DNA of 64,000 nt from Laetmonice hystrix (lineage: Eukaryota), in the NCBI GenBank assembly GCA_965235115.1, contig OZ249436.1:41232001-41296000 (forward strand), read 5' to 3'. Below are positions 37,469 through 48,145 of the stretch, one piece after another. The notes beneath the pieces are model-generated. The model saw only the letters and a list, made by a program, of their open reading frames with translations, searched no databases and had not been told where the DNA came from. The position numbers were made by a program, and so were the translations under genes. Positions within the stretch are counted from its first letter, which is position 1. Every line of letters starts with the position of its first letter.

Positions 37469-40400
37469 CGCGGGAGGGGGAGAGGGGGAGAGGGGGAGGG
37501 GAGAAATATATATAAATTGACCATAAACAAGCGCGTGATGATTTGAAAAAAGTGAGTTATGTGAAACAATTACCACACTTTGCTCGGTGAACGTTGCACT
37601 ATTGTTTATGATATTTTATAGATAATAATTCTTTTTCTTAATGCATTTTCCTAGCAAGAAGGTTTCTACGCCTATTTGTGTCGTGACGTGGTGCATGAGA
37701 CGGAATCTGGTTATGACGTCATTCCCACCATACAAGCCAAGGTCACCGTTCAACCAATAGCTAACGACGAGACAACATGGGTCCCAGAACAACAAACCAA
37801 CGATAACATCAGCTTTCCATACAGCACTGGCCATAGAACATGTTTGCAACAAAAACAGCATCTTTCACTTGGATATACGATAGGAGTAGCGTGTTTAGGC
37901 CTTTCCAGTTTCCCTTCTGGTCTGCTGTTTGACAGATATGGCCTGCGGCTGACTAGAACTATCACCGTGTGAGTAAACCCTTTCTAGTACTGGGTGTTGA
38001 ATTCAATACGCCACCATTTAACCTGATCAGAGTAAGCTTGTACAGGTAAAACGTGATTGAACTGGCAATATAAGGCACACTGGTACCTGTTGGATCGTAG
38101 ATACAACCATAAATTTGATATTGTACCTCATGTCATTTGTTTAAAAAAAGAAAATAACATTCGCTACCTAAATTCATATATAGGACAAGAGTTGTTCATG
38201 CAAGTTATTTTGGTTGCAGCTTCATGGGACTGACTGGTTACATCCTACTAGCCGTGGCCTCACCAAAAGGTACGTCTACACGACTAAAACTACGCCACCG
38301 TAGATGTGACAAAAGATATCATACCATATTTGGAATACCAAAGTCTTGTTGTTTTTGCAGGGTATCCGTGGATAATATTCCCAGGCGCTGCCCTCCTTGG
38401 GATAAGCACAGGAGCTATGTTATTGACAACAACTCATGTAAGTTTTTGTTTGCTTTACAAATCAAAAGAAATCAAAAGATTTACAGTAACAAACATGTGT
38501 GATGCGGAACTTCTTCGTAGATTGCACGGTTTGCCAGAAAGTGGGCTTTCGCATTCGTATCGCTCTACACTGGTGTGGCACCGGCAGGAACCACCTTCCA
38601 AGTTGTCAAGGTAACATAAACAAACCTGTACTTGTCAAGGTCTGATTTATGGGTATCGTCACCTGATAAATATAAACAACTCAAAAAAGAAATAGAAATT
38701 CGTTGTCAGTCACCCACATCTCGGTTATTTGTCACCTGGTCATATCATGTCACATATCAATAGAAAGAGCATTCATTTCTGTTCACAACGACACTAATCA
38801 CTTATTTGAGGGCTCAGCAACTCTTGTAAATGCGGGTGGGGGTCTCAAATAAAATCTGCCAAATTTGTCATTATCTGTGCTCAACAGAATAACCAACCCT
38901 CTATCAGTAACAATCAGCTCTTTATCAGTAACAGCCAGACAGTGACAGAGTTTTCTTTTAAAGGTGGGATACGATCACGGTGTGGCTCGTGCCTACACCC
39001 TGCTCGGACTTGGCGCTGTCTGGTTCCTGGTGCTTTTCTCTACTTGGGTCCTCCTGCCCAAATACAAGGTCCTCCTGCCGGTCTCAGCCACGTCAGACAG
39101 ACAAGGAGACTCGGGTATCTTATCAATAAGGTTTTGCTGTTAACCCCACGGACAAGAATATCAATATTTATGCAGTTATTTATGCAGTGTTGGTTCTGGT
39201 TTTCTGGGATTTAAAAAAGAATCGAGAATTTGAAATTGTACCCACCTAACATTACGTGCTATAGTTACCGGTCTGAATATCATACAATGTCAGTCCCACA
39301 GGGTGAAACTTTACAGGTAAATCTGGGAGCGTGGTGAAGAATGACCAAAATGAACAGGTTGTGGTAGGAGCAAAGGGCCCGCATCCTCTGGAAGATATGA
39401 CCCACAATGAAGAGAACAAGAAAGAGAAGGTGACCTTGCGAGCGTGCGTGTTCTCACCACTGTACATTTGTTTCCTGCTATGGTTTGTCTCACTACACGT
39501 TCGGGCTCACATGTTTATCAACGTTTTCACAGCCTGGATCACTGAGGTGGTTCAGGGGGACATCAACAAAGGTAGTGTGGTCATGAACTTCTGTGGGGAT
39601 AAGGGCCTTGGTGAGAATGATTCTCTGTCCCCACCCCTGGCTGTTTGGAAGAGGCAACGACTGGGGCTAGGGCTGGTATGGTGAAATGGTCGAGTGTCGG
39701 ATTGCAGTATCATCTGTGTGGCACAGATCGATTTCCGGTCTTTCAATACAAATTCTCTCACTGCGTTTTAGTGAAATCACTAATTGTTTGTGGTTGTTTT
39801 ATTCTTTCTATATAGTAAGTTACTACACAAACGTCCTGGCCTACACTTTCATGGCGGGAATTCCTCTCGCTCCTATCCCGGGAACTATCATCGATTACGG
39901 ACGTAATCATCTCACAGGTGAGTCTAATCAAATATTCAATTATTTATTATATGCGCATTCCATCTACCAGTGCCATTCATGGGGAGGGGGTGCCATGCGG
40001 TGGTCCATATGGAACACGTGTTCCATACGAACTGATTCGGAGTGATGCGACGTTAACTATGAGGTCCTGTGGAAGCGCCGGAGGCTGTTCCAACAGCAAG
40101 CCCCATCCCCTCAGTTTGCTACCACTAATTGTGAGCACCGTAGAAACAATGGGGGGGGGGTGTCCCCTTAACAAACCGCCCTGTCCCGTGGCTCCGTGGA
40201 TAGAATATACCGTAGGTAAAAGGTAGAGTGTACACGTATAATTCTCCTTCGATGCTACCGTGGGAGTGAGCCGTTAGCGGGTTGGCACGGCTATAAGTAG
40301 TAAGGTGTCCAACAACTCCATGGTGAAATTTGTTCTGGGAATGTATCGTGGCATCGTCAGCAAAGTCCCCCGTGGGGACCGGGGTAAGAATGTTCCCCAG

Positions 40401-43400
40401 CCCCCCCTGGCTGTTCGTAAGAGGCGAATAAATGGGGCGACTTGTTTGCCGTGAGTCGCGACCCGTGTCGGTGGAGGAAGAGGTCCTGGTACCTGAGGAC
40501 GGTGAATTGCTGCGGCTTTTCACAGGTCCAACACGGTGCTTTGGCTCCTACTTCACCTAGACGGGAGGTTGGAGAGGCCCGATCCAATCAATCGGCTGGT
40601 CACGCCTTGCCCTAGGATTTTTTGTATAGAGTACCCTTTATAGTGGATTTAATTCTCTTATACAATAGGCAACATCTATCGTAACTATTTCTTCTTTATT
40701 CCTAGAAGGCGGTGGCTTAGGGTCAATCAAGTAATGGCAACACCCTCTTTCGTTCCATTGCTTGAGTATACCAACCCTATATCCTTGGTGTGCAACTGCT
40801 GGTTACCGCAGCTCTGCACTTCCCCTTGTTGGGCTCCGTGGAGGGTGGGGAATAGGGTTGGTGAAACACTCTAACACAACCATGGCATCAAACAATCCCC
40901 CCAAAAGAAAACTACTGAAACTAACGGACTCTGACTCGGACCGGTCTATGGAGAATGGACCTTCAACTGAATGGCCTCGTTTCATCATTGTTGAATCGGC
41001 GGAACCTGAACGACCAATATCTAAGCTATCCCCTTTTGCCATCCATAAAGGCATATTGGGGATAGCTGGAACAGTCAAAGATTGTAAACGTTTGAGGTCT
41101 GGCCAACTGTTGGTAGAGTGTGCCACGAAGGCCCAATCTGCGAACCTGCTGAGTGCCACAGTACTCGCAGGTTACAGTATTAAGGCCTCTCGTCACCGGA
41201 CGCTCAACTCCAGCAAGGGTGTTATTAGAACCAACTCTCTTGACACGACAACTGAACAGGAGATCCTTGCTGGGTTGAGCTGGCAAGGTGTGTCGGAAGT
41301 CAGAAGATTGATAGTGAAACGAGATGGTAACACCATCAAGACACACACATATTTTCTGACATTCGACAGGCCCACTCTACCAGATGAACTCGAGATTGGC
41401 TTTCTAAAGGTAAAAGTTGATCCCTACATCCCAAATCCTCTGCGTTGCTTTAAGTGCCAGAGGTTTGGGCATGGGACCGACTCATGTAGAAATGAACAAA
41501 AATGTTCTCAGTGCGCTGAAACAGGACATGACCATACAGGCTGTCAAAAGCCTGCTAAATGTGCCAACTGCGGGCAAGGTCATTCCACTGTTTCACGCGA
41601 ATGCTCCGTGTGGAAAAAGGAAAAAGAAATCCTCAAGGTTAAAACAGAGAGAAAACTTAGTTTCCCTGAGGCACGCAAATTGGTGGAGCAATATTTGCTT
41701 CCACCAACAGTTAAAACCTATGCTGCCGCTGTTAAGCCTACCACACGGACTTTCGCTTGTCAAACGGAGATGGTGTGGGTCAAGGGGGATAAACCTGTGA
41801 CCTACCCTGATCCCGCTGACAGCACAAATGAACCACCTAAGAAAGCCGTCTCGAGTCAGCCACCTAAAAAAGCCGCCTCAACACAAAGCCAGACAACCTC
41901 GGTTCCTCCTCCACAGGCCGGGCCGAGTACAAAAGAACCATCTCTGGAAAAAGATCAACCGAATACTAAAGAGCCATCTACAAAAAAAGATCGACCAAAG
42001 AAGAAAATAATCACAGATCGGCTGCCCAAGGCAGCCTCCAACAATAGTGCAATAGCACTTACAAACAAATTTCAGCATCTTCAAGATGTTGAAATGGCTG
42101 ATGCTACGACTGGTCGTAGTCGCAGCCTTTCCCCCAAAATAAAATCTAGGGGGCGTTTGCCTGTTAAACCACCTTGATGGCAGGCAAATGCTTCCTTCAA
42201 TGGAATTGTCGAGGTTTTAGAGCCAATTTTAATGAGCTCAGACTTTTAGCAGAAAACCTTGATCCTCTTGCCCTTTGTCTACAAGAAACATTTCTTACTG
42301 CCCGAGACAAAGTCTCATTTAAGGGCTATCAGACTTTCCTTGGTTTTGCACCAGATGGTGACCGTGCTGCTGGCGGCACTGCCATTCTGGTCCGACAAGA
42401 CCTCATCCATAGCCCAGTTACAATAGACACACCATTACAAGCAATAGCCATACGCCTAACTCTACATAAAGCCATCACTATCTGCTCCATATACATTCCC
42501 CCAAACAGTAACTTGGCCCACCAGGATCTTAATGATTTAGTGGGTCAACTGCCAACTCCATATCTCCTTTTGGGAGATTTTAATGGCCACAATCCCTTAT
42601 GGGGTGGTACCACAACTGATGGCAAGGGCAAGAAGATTGAAGAGTTCATTGATAATCATGCTCTATGCATTTTTAATGATGGTTCAAACACATACTTACA
42701 TCCCGGTTATGGCACTTATACAGCCATTGACCTTGCAATAGCTGAACCAGATCTGCTGCTGGATTTCTCCTGGAGGGTCTGGGATGACCTTTGCGGGAGT
42801 GACCACTTTCCCACCATCCTTTCATATGAAGGACCCAATATAGGGGAAAAGCAACAACGGTGGCAACTTAAGAAAGCCGACTGGCACTCCTTCCAGACCC
42901 TCTGTCGGGAGGAATTCACAGCAGACATCATTAACGATCCTGAAGCAATGGATGATTTTACCTCGCTTTTAATCTCCATTGCAGATAGGACAGTTCCTAA
43001 AACCTCGACAATTCCCAAACATGTCTCAAATCCATGGTTTAATGAAGACTGCAAGCAGGCAATTAAAGACCGAAAGAAAGCAGAACGCCTTTTCAACAGG
43101 CATCCAACTGCAGTGAACCTTACTAATTTTAAAATTATGAGAGCAAGGGCACGCCGTATCTGCAAAGAGAGTCGGAGGCAGAGCTGGAGAGACTACGTCT
43201 CCAGCCTGACCTCTCGTACTCCTATCAAAAAAGTCTGGAACATGATACGGAGACTTAAAGGCAAGGGAGGTGGTACTGGAGTTCAACACTTAAAACACCA
43301 AGACACCCTACTAACCACCACAGATGAAATAGCAAATAAACTGGCCAAAACCTTTGAAACAAACTCCTCCTCCAGGAACTGCCTCCCTCAATTCCAAGCC

Positions 43401-46400
43401 ATTCGTGCTCGAAAAGAGAAACAAAAACTAAATTTCCACTCTAACAACACAGAAGAGTATAACCAACTCTTTTCCATTGAAGAACTAAGATGCTCTCTTA
43501 AAAAATCACACGACACTGCAGTTGGACCTGACAAAGTACATTACCAATTCTTAAAACATCTACCCGATACCACCCTCCTCATCCTTCTTCACATTTTCAA
43601 CAATATCTGGATAACTGGTAATATACCCCTTTCCTGGCAAGAAGCAATAATCATCCCCATCCCAAAACCAGGAAAAGACCATAGTGAAGCTAACAATTAC
43701 AGACCAATAGCCTTAACAAGTTGCCTGTGCAAAACCATGGAGAGAATGATTAATGATCGCCTCGTCTGGAAGCTGGAGTCTGAGCAGCTCATAACCGAGT
43801 TTCAGTGTGGCTTCCGGCGAGGGAGAAGTACTCTTGATCATCTAGTCAGACTCGAGACATACATCCGAGATGCTTTTATCAACCGTGAACATGTTGTTGC
43901 CGTCTTTTTCGACCTTGAAAAGGCATACGACACAACATGGAAGTACGGCATTTTAAAGGATTTACATGATATGGGTTTTAGGGGGCGTTTGCCCCTTTTC
44001 ATATCTCAGTTTTTATCCAACAGACATTTTCAAGTCAGAGAAGGCACGACCCTGTCTGACTTGCACGACCAAGAATTAGGTGTGCCTCAGGGAAGCATTT
44101 TGTCCGTTACCCTTTTTAGTATTAAGATCAACAGCATTGTTAACTCGGTTAAAACTGGCATGCCCTGCAGCCTGTTCGTCGATGACTTTGACGTCTGCTG
44201 CAGAGGCAAAAACATGAATGCCATTGAGAGGCAGCTCCAACTCTGTCTCAACAGAATCCACACTTGGTCGGTGGAAAATGGTTTTAAATTTTCAAAATCT
44301 AAAACGGTCTGCATGCATTTCTGCAAACTGCGTGCTTTCCACCTTGACCCCGAGTTGACAATGGATGGAGATCCTATCAAGGTTGTTAAAGAGACAAAGT
44401 TTCTGGGACTCACTTTTGACAGCAAGCTGTCTTTTATCCCTCACATTAAATCCCTCAAATCCAGATGCCTTAAGGCTCTGGATGTTCTCAAGGTTTTATC
44501 TGGCACAAACTGGGGGGCAGACAGTACAGTCCTTTTACAACTGTACAGAGCTTTAATCCGGTCGAAACTCGATTACGGTAGCATAGTTTATGGTTCTGCT
44601 TGTAAGTCTTACATTCGGCTTTTGGACACGGTTCACCACCAGGGTTTGCGGCTTTCACTTGGGGCTTTTAGAACGTCCCCTGTTCAGAGCCTCTATGTGG
44701 AGGCCCGAGAGCCGTCGCTTGACAACAGGCGTCTGAAGCTGGCTCTGCAGTATGCAGTCAAGCTCGGGACAAACAGTTCAAATCCAGCTTACAATTGCGT
44801 TTTTCACCCTCAGTTCCAACATTTATATGAAAGAAAGGAAACGTACATACGTCCTTTTGGACTGAGGGTGAAACCTCATCTAGAGGAACTGGATAATGAT
44901 CTGAACGTCCTGGGGCAGACACACTTTTGCAACATTCCTCCTTGGGACCTGGAAAAGCCTGACGTCATCCTTCAGTTGGCTCAACTGAAGAAGTCAGAGA
45001 CTCATCCCCTGACATATTTTGAACATTTTCTTGGCGTCCAGGCAAGGTACCCCTCACATTATGCCTTCTATACAGATGGCTCAAAGGATGGCAGTGATGT
45101 GTCTGCGGCTGCAGTTCATGGCAAGCACAACTTCGGCACCCGCATCTCAGGGCAAAGTTCCATCTTCTCAGCAGAGGCCCGGGCCCTGCTTCTTGCCCTT
45201 GAAAATATTGAAGTTTCTAGTGAAAAGGATTTCCTTATTTTCTCGGATTCCTTATCCTGTCTGCAAGCACTTGCTAACTTGAACACAGATCACCCGGTGA
45301 TCGTTCAAATCTTGTCCAAGTTGGCAGTGCTTGCCAGTGCAAACTTTGATATTCACTTTTGCTGGGTGCCTGGGCATGTTGGTATCCCAGGCAATGAGCA
45401 AGCTGACAGAACTGCCAAGAGGGCTCTTGAAACAGACGTCGAACTGTGTCCAATCCCAGCCTCTGACCTCAGACCTACCATCTGGGCATACATTAAGAAC
45501 AAATGGCAGGCTGAATGGGATGAACAACCAAACAATAAATTGTACCAGATCAGTCCTGTCGTGAACCAAAGGTGTCTTCACAGCCTAACCCAACGTAGGC
45601 ATGAAATTGTTTATACTCGATGCAGGATTGGTCATTCTAGATTAACCCACGTGTTTTTATTCAAGGGGGAGCCACCTCCAGAGTGTCATGGCTGTCAGTG
45701 TCCTTTGACACTGAAGCATCTTTTACTTGAGTGTGGTGATTTTACTCTGATCAGACAACGGTTTTATAGTGAGACAAGTCTTAAGGATCTTTTTAACAAT
45801 GTCAGACCAGGAGTGATTTTAGAGTTTTTGTCAGAAGCTGGACTTCTGACTCTTTTATAGTTCAGGCTGGTCGATGGCCCGGTTGGGCTGACAGGATGGA
45901 GTGTGTTTTAATGATATTCCCGTTGGGGCCCGGGATAAAATAGGTTCCTTTCATTTCATGGTCTTTTTAACCCTGTTTTCGCCGTGAAGATGGCCCCAGA
46001 TGCCGGCACGGCGGAAAACCACCACTACTCACTCACTCTCGTCAGCAAAGTTGTTGCTTAGTGATGAACAGTTAACTGTCATTTGTTTTGTCACAGGTAC
46101 AACAGAGGATGACTTTGTAGCCTAGCGAGTTGCTACGGTATCTGGAAACACGGTTTCGACTGCCACTTATGTCTCTTTAGGCATGATGTAAAAGAAAAAA
46201 AATCCCTACAGTCCCCAACAATGATTTGGGAAAATAAATGATGGAGGAAACAATGCACAGCAGTGGCGTACCCAGGGGGTGCCTGGGGTGCCTACAACCC
46301 CCTCCCAATTTGCAGCGCCTACGACGTTGGTTATTTCCAGCAGCCCCCTGGGTCCAGTTTCTGGGTACGCCACTGCACAGGAGTGGAAGGGTTGACAAAT

Positions 46401-47583
46401 TATATGGCAGTCCTGCAGTGGTGTGGGAGATTAAAGAGCGTCCAGATCTATGCAACGTAGGCCTAATACTCTCTTGATCAGTCTTATCTCACGTTTTATT
46501 TCCCCGCTTTTTGAAACTCGACACATGAGCTGGCAATACCGTAACTACCGTACCATTTCAGAAAAACGTACATATCTTCAAATTGCAACGGCAAAACACA
46601 TTGCGAAACGTTTGAAGCGATGTGTGTGTTTTTGAAATGTCATTATTAAACGATTTTTTCAAAGAGAAAATAGATCGTCATATTCTACATTGACATCACA
46701 TAGTCCTATATCTTCATCACATTTGGTGAGCAGGCAGAAATCGTGGAGTGGAGAATGACAAGACGATAGCGGCATTACCTTCCGTACTCTTGGCCACAGC
46801 CATGGCAACAGCTTCCAGTATATCCACACTCTTCTATAACCAAGTGGCCGCATACTCGGCCATAATTTTCACCATACTCTCCAGACACTATACCTACTCC
46901 ACAGCTGCTAACCTAATTAGTCTAGGGTGAGTTAACTTCTTTTCTAATAGAGCAGAAGCAATTATTTTTAAATCGATAGATACTATACTGGGGAGGGGTT
47001 GAGTCCATGAGAAATTGAAATGTCGTACTAGTTGAGATTGAAGTCCGTTTTGTTTCAGATTTCCAATGGAACATTATGGCTCACTGTTCGGGTTGAAGTA
47101 CTTCTTCGGAGGGATCGGAACCATGACCATGTATGGCTACTTTGCATGGGCTTCAAACAACAAAGGATTTTACACGGTAATTGATTGATATTCGAGAATG
47201 CAATAAATTCAAATTCATCTCATTTTCGATTACTGATGATACTCTCAAGATCCATGTTTGCACAAAAGTCTTTTCAGAAAAACAACTGTATACAAAACAT
47301 ACAGTATTTTATATGACCCACTAGAGTCTAGGAGCTGGCGCCTAGCCTATAGAAAGTAGCATACCATGATGAACAACACACATAGTACCACGATTCGTTA
47401 TGATCTACCATGCCAACTGAATAATTATATTTTTGTATCTATGATGATAAATTCTCCGTGTTTTAGGTTCACGTCTTCCTGCTGGTGACGGTGTTGCTCT
47501 CCAATAGTCTCGCTATCGCGATCATTTTCCGTTTCTGCCGCAGAAGAAAGAGCTCTGATATTGTCTTCAGCACGCGCCTCTAG
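37255..47583 (+). CDS. SLC43A3-like: SLC43-family MFS transporter (SLC43A3/ENBT1-like), copy 1; 11 coding exons, 526 aa
   Basis: Phase-compatible exons, 1581 nt in total: 37255-37368, 37655-37968, 38220-38269, 38361-38437, 38521-38610, 38964-39114, 39317-39571, 39816-39917, 46734-46926, 47059-47176, 47467-47583. SLC43 motifs [51 protein letters not shown] and [12 protein letters not shown]. The exon 6 donor and exon 9 acceptor are the least certain sites. Confidence 0.88.
37387..37504. repeat. (GA)n microsatellite in SLC43 intron 1 (also 60923-61048 in copy 2)
   Basis: Direct reading. Confidence 0.95.
40882..42177 (+). CDS. LINE ORF1, gag-like nucleic-acid-binding protein with three zinc knuckles (431 aa from the first ATG)
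   Basis: [35 protein letters not shown] and [16 protein letters not shown]-terminal [16 protein letters not shown] typical of I-group ORF1. Confidence 0.93.
   Translation: MASNNPPKRKLLKLTDSDSDRSMENGPSTEWPRFIIVESAEPERPISKLSPFAIHKGILGIAGTVKDCKRLRSGQLLVECATKAQSANLLSATVLAGYSIKASRHRTLNSSKGVIRTNSLDTTTEQEILAGLSWQGVSEVRRLIVKRDGNTIKTHTYFLTFDRPTLPDELEIGFLKVKVDPYIPNPLRCFKCQRFGHGTDSCRNEQKCSQCAETGHDHTGCQKPAKCANCGQGHSTVSRECSVWKKEKEILKVKTERKLSFPEARKLVEQYLLPPTVKTYAAAVKPTTRTFACQTEMVWVKGDKPVTYPDPADSTNEPPKKAVSSQPPKKAASTQSQTTSVPPPQAGPSTKEPSLEKDQPNTKEPSTKKDRPKKKIITDRLPKAASNNSAIALTNKFQHLQDVEMADATTGRSRSLSPKIKSRGRLPVKPP
42177..45860 (+). CDS. LINE ORF2: AP endonuclease, reverse transcriptase, RNase H and CCHC finger (1227 aa)
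   Basis: [69 protein letters not shown]. RNase [35 protein letters not shown]-terminal [17 protein letters not shown]. Confidence 0.97.
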   Translation: MAGKCFLQWNCRGFRANFNELRLLAENLDPLALCLQETFLTARDKVSFKGYQTFLGFAPDGDRAAGGTAILVRQDLIHSPVTIDTPLQAIAIRLTLHKAITICSIYIPPNSNLAHQDLNDLVGQLPTPYLLLGDFNGHNPLWGGTTTDGKGKKIEEFIDNHALCIFNDGSNTYLHPGYGTYTAIDLAIAEPDLLLDFSWRVWDDLCGSDHFPTILSYEGPNIGEKQQRWQLKKADWHSFQTLCREEFTADIINDPEAMDDFTSLLISIADRTVPKTSTIPKHVSNPWFNEDCKQAIKDRKKAERLFNRHPTAVNLTNFKIMRARARRICKESRRQSWRDYVSSLTSRTPIKKVWNMIRRLKGKGGGTGVQHLKHQDTLLTTTDEIANKLAKTFETNSSSRNCLPQFQAIRARKEKQKLNFHSNNTEEYNQLFSIEELRCSLKKSHDTAVGPDKVHYQFLKHLPDTTLLILLHIFNNIWITGNIPLSWQEAIIIPIPKPGKDHSEANNYRPIALTSCLCKTMERMINDRLVWKLESEQLITEFQCGFRRGRSTLDHLVRLETYIRDAFINREHVVAVFFDLEKAYDTTWKYGILKDLHDMGFRGRLPLFISQFLSNRHFQVREGTTLSDLHDQELGVPQGSILSVTLFSIKINSIVNSVKTGMPCSLFVDDFDVCCRGKNMNAIERQLQLCLNRIHTWSVENGFKFSKSKTVCMHFCKLRAFHLDPELTMDGDPIKVVKETKFLGLTFDSKLSFIPHIKSLKSRCLKALDVLKVLSGTNWGADSTVLLQLYRALIRSKLDYGSIVYGSACKSYIRLLDTVHHQGLRLSLGAFRTSPVQSLYVEAREPSLDNRRLKLALQYAVKLGTNSSNPAYNCVFHPQFQHLYERKETYIRPFGLRVKPHLEELDNDLNVLGQTHFCNIPPWDLEKPDVILQLAQLKKSETHPLTYFEHFLGVQARYPSHYAFYTDGSKDGSDVSAAAVHGKHNFGTRISGQSSIFSAEARALLLALENIEVSSEKDFLIFSDSLSCLQALANLNTDHPVIVQILSKLAVLASANFDIHFCWVPGHVGIPGNEQADRTAKRALETDVELCPIPASDLRPTIWAYIKNKWQAEWDEQPNNKLYQISPVVNQRCLHSLTQRRHEIVYTRCRIGHSRLTHVFLFKGEPPPECHGCQCPLTLKHLLLECGDFTLIRQRFYSETSLKDLFNNVRPGVILEFLSEAGLLTLL
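46261..46375. mobile_element. Small MITE with 15-bp TIRs
   Basis: CAGTGGCGTACCCAG ... CTGGGTACGCCACTG, flanked by CACAG on both sides. Confidence 0.75.
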
Positions 47584-48145
47584 GACGTGATGGACGTGTC
47601 TTTATAATAACTTGTTTTTCTAGCGCTGCAAAGCTCAAAATTTGTCTTCCGCCTGCAACAAAGTAGGCTTTGTCAAATCGGGTCATCAATGGAGTACACT
47701 AGAACGGCAGAGTGTTGTCGGCGACGGGCCTTTTTATTGCATGGTGTGAAAAAGATGGTCATGTAAACAAGTGTAGTGATAGCATGGAGGAGTGACAAGA
47801 ATATCCTGCACCCCGATTATGTTATATGACTTTCGTGAGGTTAAAGCAAACACCGACACCAATGTATTACTATAATAATTATGCCATTAGAATGCCAGGT
47901 TAGCATATACCATATACAAAGAAATTAAGATGTAAGATAGCTTTCACAATTGTACATGAAGGGAAAGGTATAAGACCATCCTCCCCCTGGGAAAATTCTT
48001 GTGCGTCCCGCATCAAGATTACAAACATAAACAACATAAAATCCCTCATCCCAAAACCTACTGCCCTGGTAGTTCCGGGAGCGACCGGGGGGGGCTCTCC
48101 TCTAAACATTTTCGAGCCCCCCCCCATTCTATTTTCGGGCCTCCT

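Larger units (their letters stand above)
32147..40056 (+). repeat. Segmental duplication, copy 1 (aligns to 56367-63565)
   Basis: Colinear near-identity from TTAAGTTCGAAATTTGGTGCTACC to ..CGTTAA, including the 66-bp array and SLC43 exons 1-8, with copy-specific indels. Confidence 0.95.
40367..46038 (+). mobile_element. Full-length I-group (Nimb-like) non-LTR retrotransposon
   Basis: 13-bp TSD TCGTCAGCAAAGT at 40354-40366 and 46039-46051. Two intact ORFs, a 3' stem TTTTCGCCGTG..CACGGCGGAAAA and an (ACTC)n tail. Confidence 0.95.

Noticed and set aside
40762..40881. N-terminal extension of ORF1 in the ORF track
   Set aside because: It begins at TTG; the first ATG, in good Kozak context (ACCATGG), is at 40882.
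42716..45581. Several antisense and alternate-frame ORFs within LINE ORF2
   Set aside because: Shadow ORFs with no recognisable motifs.
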